Assembly: GCA_964230645.1 (NCBI GenBank)
Contig: CAXRHT010000002.1
Location: forward strand, 1,344,001-1,408,000
Direction of reading: 5' to 3'
From: Bdellovibrionales bacterium
GTDB taxonomy: Bacteria > Bdellovibrionota > Bdellovibrionia > Bdellovibrionales > JAGQZY01
Length of the DNA: 64,000 nucleotides
This document shows, one piece after another, positions 1-8,072 of this stretch. The notes under the pieces were generated by a model that worked only from the letters and a program-made list of their open reading frames with translations, was not told where the DNA came from and made no database searches. Numbering within the stretch: position 1 is the stretch's first letter; every line of letters starts with the position of its first letter. Made by a program: the position numbers and the translations under genes.

Positions 1-1183
1 CCTCCTCACCGAGCGTTGAGTATCTATAAAAATAGTCTGAATTCATCAAAATTTTAATAAAGTCTTTTGGCTTTTCGTCGACGGAAACAAATGCGTCGAC
101 AAGATCACTTTTAACACTGTCCTCTAGAGGAATGTCCTCACCAATCACCCAATCCCAGAAATGTTGCACTTGGCAGGAAAGGTAGTCGGGCTGAGTTACA
201 ATAGCCTCGGCAAGCTCCTTAAATCCTGTAACCTCTATATCTACCTTCTCACCTCTTTTGGTCTTATAGACCAGGGCTCCTGGTGCAGCGAAAGGATTTA
301 GATTTAAACTCGAGCCCGCGAAAACACTGGCCATGGGATCAAGTTTATAGTGGCACGCCATGCATTGAGGGTCCGATCCATGGCGAGCTTCGAGATCTTG
401 ACTCGAAGTAGTCCCTCGATGAGCCTGGTCCATCTGCAATGATTTCTCAAGTAGAGTTCGATCCTCTTCAGCATCAGTCAATACAATAGGTTTCATCGGA
501 TCACAGAGAAAAGTACGAAACAAAGCGGCCGCTCTTCCTCTGTTCTTATTGATTTTGGTTGTTGGAAAACGTCCGAAAAATCTCTGCGTTGTAACAACAC
601 CAGCCAGTGTTTGCTGTTGATTTGTTGTCGTTGCTTGAAGTGGTATCTCGACAACTTCCGACGAGCTTGAAAAGAAACCTTGAGCCTCTTGAGTTTCAAC
701 AAAATTTTGAAGTTGGGGGCCAAGTTCTTCATAGAAAACAAATTGAAAAAAGAAGAGATCTCCTCCGGAGCTGGGGGTAACAATATCTGTTGCCTCATAA
801 TCTTGTGATAAAAGTAGATCTCGCCAGGGCTGATTTTTTTCGAGTAGTTCCAATATTAGATTATCAAAAGCGTTTTCATTTCTGAAATTATTTTCAAAGT
901 CACTTGAATTCACATAAGGTACATACATCCGAAACAGCCTAAGTAGATTAGGTCTAAAAGTGGTGGCAAAACTATCACGAGCGAGATACTCGTCCAACTT
1001 GGTTCGAAAATATTGATTAAAATCGTCATCATTCATAGAAGCTACTGTGTCTGCCTCCTCGGGAGTCGGACTAGTGCCTGTAAGAAGGTAAGCGGCTTTG
1101 CGGAGACGAGATTGATTGGATATCTCACCTGCGAATAGGATTGAAGATGTGGTAAGAAGAATTGCGACAATCAATAATCTCAT
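1..1183 (-). CDS. Exported c-type cytochrome-like protein (DUF1588/DUF1585-like); 3' end runs off the window
   Basis: Not in the ORF track. Manual translation from ATG 1183 stays open to the window edge: signal peptide MRLLIVAILLTTSSILFA, RLRKAAYLLTGTSPTPEE, AGVVTTQRFFGRFPTTKINKNRGRA, and heme motif RHGSDPQCMACHYKLDP (CxxCH at 364-350). ATGA overlap with the upstream gene. Confidence 0.75.
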   Translation of the reverse strand, partial: MRLLIVAILLTTSSILFAGEISNQSRLRKAAYLLTGTSPTPEEADTVASMNDDDFNQYFRTKLDEYLARDSFATTFRPNLLRLFRMYVPYVNSSDFENNFRNENAFDNLILELLEKNQPWRDLLLSQDYEATDIVTPSSGGDLFFFQFVFYEELGPQLQNFVETQEAQGFFSSSSEVVEIPLQATTTNQQQTLAGVVTTQRFFGRFPTTKINKNRGRAAALFRTFLCDPMKPIVLTDAEEDRTLLEKSLQMDQAHRGTTSSQDLEARHGSDPQCMACHYKLDPMASVFAGSSLNLNPFAAPGALVYKTKRGEKVDIEVTGFKELAEAIVTQPDYLSCQVQHFWDWVIGEDIPLEDSVKSDLVDAFVSVDEKPKDFIKILMNSDYFYRYSTLGEE

Positions 1184-2361
1184 TCTACAGGCTCCTTGAT
1201 TCTAATGTTATAAGCTTCTAAGGGTAAGGACTCGATAGAACCATCAAGCATGATGACATCGACAAGCACTTCTTCGTAATTAAAATTACCGTCCACAAGG
1301 CCGAGGAGTGCAAGTTTGGTAAATTCGTTGTCAGCTCCAAAATTGTATTCAAAGTTCAAGACATTGAATCGGTTATTGATAGCAATTTTTTCCAGGTCAC
1401 TCTCGTTTTCTAAGTAGGCTCTGGTGAATGCCTCTTCCTCAATTTGATTTTGAATTTTTCGAAACTGCCCTATAAATGAAGCTGTATCAAAATTAAAGGC
1501 TAGATCACAGGTTTGAGGACCATTGACAAGGTTCCATCCAATGACATCTCCGAGGAATAAAAAGAGACTTTGCATAAAAAGGCCAGTCCCGGGAAATTCG
1601 ATATTTTGGACCTCTAAACCATCAGAAGTTTTTGTAAGGTTCACACCTAGGTGAGCAGCATTTGTACGATTCTCAGAAAGTGATGTTTCTGGGTTTTCTC
1701 TCATATCCTCTTGGCTCCATTCGTTCAAACGCAAGTCACTGCTATTTCCTGAGTAAATCGAAAGAAGCTGGTCATACCAAGCGTAGGAATCGCACCTAAG
1801 ATGAGAGGGCTCAAGACTCTTCAGTTCAGAATCATTGATTGGGCTGGATGGAGAAAAACGCAGAAATTGCGCCTCATAGGTCGCCAGGAAACTTTGATCT
1901 AAAGGGATTTCACCCCCTCCGTTTTCATTAGTAAACTTAACTCTGACCGACTTACCTAATTTCTCTGGATTAGGATGAGACTTCCATACGAGTCGATAGG
2001 TTTTGACCAATAAATCGGTCACAGCGTTACAGCCAGTTCTAAGATTGAGTGGTAGACACGTAATCTCATTGATTCTTCCTGGTATTTCTATATCTTTTTT
2101 TAAAATCGTTTTCGTTCCCAGTGTCATCGAATGCTCCGGTGAATAAATAACCTCTAATATTCCATCAGAAGTGTATTGAATTTCTGGGAGCTGATCCGAG
2201 TTTACAAAATAGGTCGAATAGGAGTTAGACTTATAGTACTCATAGGCTTCCATAGTTATGGGATTCCCTTTTTCCACGAGCTTGGGGTAAGTCGATTGAG
2301 CCCAGGAATCATGAGCTGAGATAACAAACAGGCATATGATAAAAGTTCGAATGATAGTCAT
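1180..2361 (-). CDS. Exported hypothetical protein (393 aa)
   Basis: Signal peptide ending ...DSWA; long ORF; its stop overlaps the start of the cytochrome gene. Confidence 0.75.
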   Translation of the reverse strand: MTIIRTFIICLFVISAHDSWAQSTYPKLVEKGNPITMEAYEYYKSNSYSTYFVNSDQLPEIQYTSDGILEVIYSPEHSMTLGTKTILKKDIEIPGRINEITCLPLNLRTGCNAVTDLLVKTYRLVWKSHPNPEKLGKSVRVKFTNENGGGEIPLDQSFLATYEAQFLRFSPSSPINDSELKSLEPSHLRCDSYAWYDQLLSIYSGNSSDLRLNEWSQEDMRENPETSLSENRTNAAHLGVNLTKTSDGLEVQNIEFPGTGLFMQSLFLFLGDVIGWNLVNGPQTCDLAFNFDTASFIGQFRKIQNQIEEEAFTRAYLENESDLEKIAINNRFNVLNFEYNFGADNEFTKLALLGLVDGNFNYEEVLVDVIMLDGSIESLPLEAYNIRIKEPVE

Positions 2362-2708
2362 GCGAAGTTAGTTTGCAAGAATCGTATCAGATTTTATAAT
2401 CAGACTATAATAGTTGAATATCTTTATAATCGGTCACTTAGGGAATATGTGAGTTTGGCAGTTTAGCCCGGTATAAATCAAACGACAAATTTCGCACCCT
2501 GACCTGTAAATAAAGTTTACAAAAACGTTAACGACGAGAGGCCTAAGTCACCATTGTGGCTTAGGTAAACTATTAAAGCTGATTGTAAACATTCCCTCAA
2601 CAACTTCCCGCCTCCCTCGCGTATCGCTTAAAGGAATACCCATATATTCATCAAGAATTAGACAAAAGCTTCTTACTCTGGCATCCCTGCTTTCAACAGG
2701 AGGTCAAA

Positions 2709-3098
2709 ATGAAGTTATTAATGTTTGTTTTAGTTTGTTTAGTAGGAATCAATCTTCAGGCTCAATCTCAATTGATTTGTAAGAGAGTTGAATTCTCTGG
2801 AAGTGGTACAAGCCTTGCCGCTCAACTTGAAGAAATCATCGAAATAGAAAAAATCGATGGTAATATTTTGTTGATATCAGGAGACAGTGAAAGAGTGATG
2901 AAACCTGACTCAACCAAGCTTTTTGGCTTTGAAGGTCAGGCCTACTCTCGCACCATCCAAGGTTTTTTCGGTCCTTTTAAAAGAGGCACAGTGTTTGTTG
3001 GACAAGGTAAAAATCAAGGTGAACTTGTAGTAAGTACTCCAGGAAACGGAAAACAGTATGGTAGCGGTGGCGGACAAGCCAGTTACATCTGCAAGTGA
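2709..3098 (+). CDS. Small exported hypothetical protein
   Basis: RBS AGGAGG; signal peptide ...LQA; one Cys near each end of the mature part; hairpin downstream. Confidence 0.75.
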   Translation: MKLLMFVLVCLVGINLQAQSQLICKRVEFSGSGTSLAAQLEEIIEIEKIDGNILLISGDSERVMKPDSTKLFGFEGQAYSRTIQGFFGPFKRGTVFVGQGKNQGELVVSTPGNGKQYGSGGGQASYICK

Positions 3099-3111
3099 AG
3101 TGATTAAATTA

Positions 3112-3141
3112 TCAATGGTCGTGTTGATGCACGACCATTGA
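3112..3141. terminator. Hairpin between convergent genes, probably a terminator
   Basis: Perfect 12-bp stem TCAATGGTCGTG / CACGACCATTGA. Confidence 0.6.
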
Positions 3142-3164
3142 GCCCTTTTATTGTGAGCAGGACC

Positions 3165-4295
3165 TTAGAAGTCGAGACTCATGGTGGTCATAAAGCGGCG
3201 ATTTTCTAGCTCTTCACCCTGCACTCCCACTTCTTCGCCGTATGTGGCAAGGTCGAGTTTAAAAATTCCAAACTCACCGGTAAAACCAGCCGTCCAATAA
3301 CCTTGGTTAAGACCAGCACGCCAACCACCTCTAAACCACGACGTCACTTCCCACATAAACTCCACACCTAAGTGAATTCCTTTTTGTAAATTCCAGTTGG
3401 GGTGAAGAACATCACGAATATCAAAAGCCACCTTGGAACTCCACACCCACCAGCTCGGAAGATCCATAGCGTACCCGATATCTATAGTGCGATGAAGGTT
3501 CTCTGGATCCCCTGTGCCCTCACCAATGAGGTTTAAATTGGTGAAGTATCCGTAGTCTCCAATATTTTTTATCACAATCGCGGCCGAAGGATTGTATCTC
3601 TTCCAAGGCCCCACCCAAAGGAAACCAACATCAGCGTCGATGGTCATACCTTCATTAGCATCTTCGATATCAAACACACTACCATCTCCAGAAATAGAGG
3701 CCGCATCCACAATTTCATCCACATGCATTCGATAAATGAGTTTAGTGGTCACACCCACATGGAAGGAACCGCTTTTGTGCCATTTCTTGATTTCCCAGTT
3801 TTTTGTAAAAGCAAAAGTTGTATCTTGAATCGCCGTTAAGTTCACCGAAGGTCCCACCGAACGATGCAATCCCATATCAATGGAAAGATCCATAGGAATA
3901 ATCGCAAGACCCCAGGAAGGCCTTGCCCATAAAAACCCGAGAGAAGGAGCTCTCACAGAATAGTGACTGCCGTAATTTCTTTGAATGGCATCAGACACGG
4001 CTTGCACGTCATCTTCTTGATTAGAAGCGGTCTCAAGTTCATCATAGAAACTTTTTATTTCAGGATCAGCATCGGCTTTAAGAAACCAGTTCGACTCCCC
4101 TTTTTCTAACTGCCCAAGGCCAGCGGGATTATAAAAAATAGCGGTGTTGTCATCAGCAACGGCCGTGAAGGCCCCACCCATTCCATTGGCTCTTGTGGCC
4201 TCAAAACCACGGCGGATGCCTGAATAAAGAGACTGTGCTGCTGCCAATTGACTCATGAAAGTAAGTGATAAAAACACCAAACAAAATTTCGTCAT
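3165..4295 (-). CDS. Outer-membrane beta-barrel protein, TraF_2/FadL-like family
   Basis: RANGMGGAFTAVADD..AIFYNPAGL motif; signal peptide if started at ATG 4295; C-terminal Phe. Confidence 0.7.
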   Translation of the reverse strand: MTKFCLVFLSLTFMSQLAAAQSLYSGIRRGFEATRANGMGGAFTAVADDNTAIFYNPAGLGQLEKGESNWFLKADADPEIKSFYDELETASNQEDDVQAVSDAIQRNYGSHYSVRAPSLGFLWARPSWGLAIIPMDLSIDMGLHRSVGPSVNLTAIQDTTFAFTKNWEIKKWHKSGSFHVGVTTKLIYRMHVDEIVDAASISGDGSVFDIEDANEGMTIDADVGFLWVGPWKRYNPSAAIVIKNIGDYGYFTNLNLIGEGTGDPENLHRTIDIGYAMDLPSWWVWSSKVAFDIRDVLHPNWNLQKGIHLGVEFMWEVTSWFRGGWRAGLNQGYWTAGFTGEFGIFKLDLATYGEEVGVQGEELENRRFMTTMSLDF

Positions 4296-4386
4296 CCGTG
4301 ACCTCGATTCTATTTTTTTTGAACTGATTTTTATTGTCCGAAAAATCGACGTTGGCGGCAAGTTCAAATCTCTTTATAATTGAAGT

Positions 4387-5001
4387 ATGTGCAGATTCTT
4401 AATTTTTACTTTTATGGTTCTCTCTTTCTTTCCGGCTCTAGCAGCGCAAAATAAAGATCACTGGTATAACGTCGAGACAAAAAGTAAAAATGAAAACAAG
4501 AAAAAGGAAGAGTCCTACCCTTACGATAGTGTGGACTCTAAAGACTCCAAGCCCCGATTCGCGCGCTCTTATTTTTGGAACCTTCGACCAAAGGTTGGTT
4601 TTTCAGGAGGGTTTCACGCCGACCGACGCTTCTTTGAAACCGGCAAAGCCAATCGCCTTTTCTTCAACACTAGTCTTTATTTCCGCAACCGCCCCTGGCA
4701 CCGCTGGGTCGCCAACATACAATATATGCAGAACAATAGCCTCTTTGCTGGAGCCAGTTGGGAAATCACCCCAAGCCGCAAACAAAGTCGCTTCTACTAC
4801 GGCGCCGGCCTCTCCCACCGCCTCGTCTCTGAGAAAGAACTCAATAATTTTATCGAAGAAGAAAATTTCCACATAAACCTACAATGCGGCCAAGAAATCC
4901 TCACCTCAAAAGACCAGGCCTGGAATATAGAAGCCAAAGCCTTCTTCTCCACCAACAACCAAGCCATCCAACTTTCCCTTGGCTATATTTTTTCAATTTA
5001 A
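4387..5001 (+). CDS. Exported protein, probably a small beta-barrel
   Basis: Signal peptide; amphipathic aromatic strands; C-terminal LSLGYIF. Confidence 0.6.
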   Translation: MCRFLIFTFMVLSFFPALAAQNKDHWYNVETKSKNENKKKEESYPYDSVDSKDSKPRFARSYFWNLRPKVGFSGGFHADRRFFETGKANRLFFNTSLYFRNRPWHRWVANIQYMQNNSLFAGASWEITPSRKQSRFYYGAGLSHRLVSEKELNNFIEEENFHINLQCGQEILTSKDQAWNIEAKAFFSTNNQAIQLSLGYIFSI

Positions 5002-5064
5002 CCATCATTGTACCTAATGTTATTCAAGTAGAACCCATGCCGTAAGAAGCCACCTCTATCGAGT

Positions 5065-5216
5065 CTACAATTGAAAATTTCAGGGAAATTCGAGAGTGTT
5101 GTTTGGATATGGCTCTGGCAAGCGGGACGCGCTCGCCCGCAGGGCGATGCCAGCAAGGCAGGAGCCGTGCCTATCCAAACAACACTCTCGAATTTCCCTG
5201 AAATTTTCAATTGTAG
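5065..5216. mobile_element. 152-bp MITE/REPIN-like element with 45-bp perfect terminal inverted repeats
   Basis: 5065-5109 CTACAATTGAAAATTTCAGGGAAATTCGAGAGTGTTGTTTGGATA is the exact reverse complement of 5172-5216. GC-rich 62-bp core. Mobility is inferred only. Confidence 0.6.
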
Positions 5217-5229
5217 GCGGCGCACCCGC

Positions 5230-5829
5230 TCATGGATTCTCGTTCAGGAGATCACGGTAGACTTGATCCACCTGGCTTTTAAGTTCATCCAGGTCCCCTT
5301 TATTATCAATAACAATATCCGCTTTCTTCTTTTTCTCTTCAATGTCCATCTGGCTCGCCAATCGCCTTTTGGCCTCCTCTTGACTGAGAGAATTGCGCTT
5401 CATCAATCTTTTAAGGCTCAAAGATTCCGGAACATAGACAACAAGCACTTTGTCAAATTTGTCTTGCAGATCGTTTTCAAACAGAAGGGGCACATCATAG
5501 ATTGCCATCTTGTGGCCAGCCGCCTGAAAGAGACTTTTTTTCTCCTCTGTTTTCTTTTGAACAAAGGGATGAATAAGAGACTCTAAAAATTTCAGTTTAT
5601 CGGTATTATTGAAAACCTTTAATCCTAAGACCTTCCTGTCTATGTCCCCGGTGGGACCCAGTATATCTCGACCGAAGTAATTAACGATTTTCTCTTTGTT
5701 ACGAGCTAAAGCGGTATGAGCCAAGCGGTCCGCATCGACGATGGGAACGCCTTTTTCTCGAAAAAAATTGGCCACTGTGGTTTTACCACTAGCCACTGCC
5801 CCTGTGAGACCTAACCAAATCATATTCAT
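5230..5829 (-). CDS. coaE: Dephospho-CoA kinase
   Basis: LGLTGAVASGKTT, DADRLAH, IDRKVLG, LIHP, DVPLLFE and SQM motifs; start more likely 5829 or 5823 than 5919. Confidence 0.93.
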   Translation of the reverse strand: MNMIWLGLTGAVASGKTTVANFFREKGVPIVDADRLAHTALARNKEKIVNYFGRDILGPTGDIDRKVLGLKVFNNTDKLKFLESLIHPFVQKKTEEKKSLFQAAGHKMAIYDVPLLFENDLQDKFDKVLVVYVPESLSLKRLMKRNSLSQEEAKRRLASQMDIEEKKKKADIVIDNKGDLDELKSQVDQVYRDLLNENP

Positions 5830-5971
5830 TGAGAATGCCACGTTTTTTTTGAAAAAAGCAGAGGCTGGCGCTCCCGACTCGACCTTTGTCGATGGCGTCA
5901 CTTTTAAAGCGACTTCCACTTAGACCAATAGAGAGGTTTTATAATTTCAATGAGAGTGAGCCTAAAAAATT

Positions 5972-5998
5972 TAAACTCTCCCCTCAAGCGACCGATAA
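5972..5998 (+). promoter_or_regulatory. Sigma28 (FliA)-like promoter of the Ser/Thr kinase gene
   Basis: TAAA-N15-ACCGATAA, 19 nt before the start codon. Confidence 0.6.
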
Positions 5999-6017
5999 AC
6001 ACTTGTAGAGGAAATAC

Positions 6018-7901
6018 GTGAAAAAGAACTTTGAAACATTTGGAAATTATATTCTTCTAGAAAAGCTCGCCGCCGGTGGTATGGCCGAAGTCTATCTTGC
6101 TAAGAAAATTGCGGCCAGTGGTGTACAGAAGTTTGTGGCAATTAAAAGAATCCTATCTCAGTTCTCTGACTCTGAGGACTTTATTTCCATGTTTAAGGAT
6201 GAGGCTAAAATTGCCATCAATCTCTCTCATAGTAACGTAGTTTCCATCTATGATTTTGGTACCGAAAAAGGGCAATTTTATATTGTTATGGAATTTGTGG
6301 AAGGGAGAAACCTCCGTCAAATTCTCAACCGAATGAAACGCGTGGATAAAGTTTTCACCATCGCTCAAGTGGCCCACATTATTAAGCAGGTATCGGCTGG
6401 GCTTGACCACGCTCACAGATGTATTGATCCAACCACAGGTAAGCCACTTAATATTATTCATAGAGATATGTCGCCACAAAACGTGATGTTAGGTTTTGAG
6501 GGTGACGCAAAGATTGTGGATTTTGGTATCGCAAAGGCTGCTCACCAAATCGAGGCCACACGCGCTGGAACTCTCAAAGGAAAATTTGGTTATATGAGTC
6601 CAGAGCAAGTGGAGGGACAGTCCGTTGATTCGAGAACGGATATTTTCGCCCTTGGAATTATGATCTGGGAGATGCTCGCTAATCAACGACTTTTCTTGGC
6701 GAATAGCGAGATCAACACTTTGAGAAAAATTCGTGAGTGCGATGTTCCTAGTCTTCGCAAGATTAATCCAAACATCCCTACTGAATTGGACCAAATTGTT
6801 AAGAAAGCCTTAGAAAAAGAAAAAGTTAATCGTTATCAGACATCCAGTGACCTTCACCGTGATTTACAGGGTTTTCTCAGCCGATTCGATCCTGATTTTT
6901 CGGTGCAGGACTTTAGCCATTTTGTAAAGGGTCTTTTCTCTGAGGAAATTGTTCAAATTAGAAAGAAACAAATTGTCTACGCTCAGGTCACTGTACAGTC
7001 ACAAAAAGAACAAAACCAAGGTGACTCCACTCAGATTGTGAACACTGAAAGCTTTGTCCATAAAGATGATATGTCCCTTGATAGCTTGAGCTTTGATCAA
7101 ATGAGCTCCCAAGGTAAAAAGGTCGCCGGTGATTCGGCCATGACTTATACAGGACCAAGCACTGAAGAGCTTGCCAATATGGATTTTGGAGATGCCGAGT
7201 TTGACGACGGAAAAACTCGCGCACAAAGAATACAAATCGCCAAACGAAACGCTCATAAAAAAGTAAAAGAATATAAAAATCAGACTTACACCAACACTTC
7301 CAAAACGCTAAGTGAAATCGAAAGAAAAAACCGCAATGCGACGACTTTTACAGTCCTTTTCTCGCTTAGCTTTCTCTTAGTGTTTTTTGCCTATATCAAT
7401 AAATATCATCCCAATTTTAAGACCAAGTTCTGTGAATCTATGGCGAGTTACAACCTTTGTCCTCGCTCTATTTATATTCCAGCCAATCTTTTACAAATTA
7501 AAACCCAGCCCGCCGGTGCTGCTATTTACATCAACGGTGAAAATATTGGGCGCACCCCTTACGACTACTATGTAAAAAAGTTACCTTTAAAGGTTGGGGT
7601 GATGCTTGAAGGACACAAAAGAACCACCAAAGTGATTGATGAAATCCCTGAAAATAATAGCGTTTTGATCTCAATGCCCAGGGTTCCCACGGGCTATCTT
7701 GTCATCAAATCAGTGGGTGTGGAGATTTATATCAATGACGTGGCTGTTCCATCTGGCCGCAGGCATCCTGTGCCAGCGAATGAGGACGTCGTTGTTCGTG
7801 TGAGAAACCCCATTTCTGGCCTTTCTAAAGAAAAAGTTTTTCGGGTCAAACCTGGAAAAACTGTTCAACAGGTTATTGACCCTCCCGAAAGCGGAAGGTA
7901 A
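6018..7901 (+). CDS. Membrane-anchored Hanks-type Ser/Thr protein kinase with periplasmic PEGA domain
   Basis: GGMAEVY, VAIK, HRDMSPQN, DFG, YMSPEQ; one TM helix; PAGAAIYINGENIGRTP (PEGA). Confidence 0.92.
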   Translation: MKKNFETFGNYILLEKLAAGGMAEVYLAKKIAASGVQKFVAIKRILSQFSDSEDFISMFKDEAKIAINLSHSNVVSIYDFGTEKGQFYIVMEFVEGRNLRQILNRMKRVDKVFTIAQVAHIIKQVSAGLDHAHRCIDPTTGKPLNIIHRDMSPQNVMLGFEGDAKIVDFGIAKAAHQIEATRAGTLKGKFGYMSPEQVEGQSVDSRTDIFALGIMIWEMLANQRLFLANSEINTLRKIRECDVPSLRKINPNIPTELDQIVKKALEKEKVNRYQTSSDLHRDLQGFLSRFDPDFSVQDFSHFVKGLFSEEIVQIRKKQIVYAQVTVQSQKEQNQGDSTQIVNTESFVHKDDMSLDSLSFDQMSSQGKKVAGDSAMTYTGPSTEELANMDFGDAEFDDGKTRAQRIQIAKRNAHKKVKEYKNQTYTNTSKTLSEIERKNRNATTFTVLFSLSFLLVFFAYINKYHPNFKTKFCESMASYNLCPRSIYIPANLLQIKTQPAGAAIYINGENIGRTPYDYYVKKLPLKVGVMLEGHKRTTKVIDEIPENNSVLISMPRVPTGYLVIKSVGVEIYINDVAVPSGRRHPVPANEDVVVRVRNPISGLSKEKVFRVKPGKTVQQVIDPPESGR

Positions 7902-7967
7902 ACCTAACCTCCTGAAACAATGAACAAATTTTAAAAATCAGACACTGCTGTTCGGTGGATTGGCAAA

Positions 7968-8044
7968 TGTCATCCTGAGAATTGTTTAGAGTCATCCTGA
8001 GCGCAGCGAAGGATCTTAGGTCTTTCGCTTCGCTCAAGACGACA
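7968..8044. repeat. REP/RPE-like palindromic element, copy 1
   Basis: GTCATCCTGAGCGCAGCGAAGGATCTTAGGTCTTTCGCTTCGCTCAAGACGACA at 7991-8044, plus an extra half-site at 7968-7979; near-identical copy at 55749-55803. Confidence 0.8.
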
Positions 8045-8072
8045 TGTTTCAGGAAAGCAGGAGAGGTTTCCG

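Noticed and set aside
493..798. 101-aa ORF in the track
   Set aside because: Out-of-frame overlap with the longer heme-c gene starting at 1183 on the same strand
2373..2390. Sigma54-like TGATACG-N4-TTGCA on the minus strand
   Set aside because: Lacks the invariant -24 GG
3165..4295. TraF-like gene as evidence of a conjugative element
   Set aside because: No relaxase, T4SS or integrase genes; this barrel family is common on chromosomes
4998..5586. Two opposite-strand ORFs sharing KISGKFESVVWI, resembling a gene duplication
   Set aside because: Artefact of the 45-bp inverted repeat; the plus-strand ORF also runs antisense to coaE
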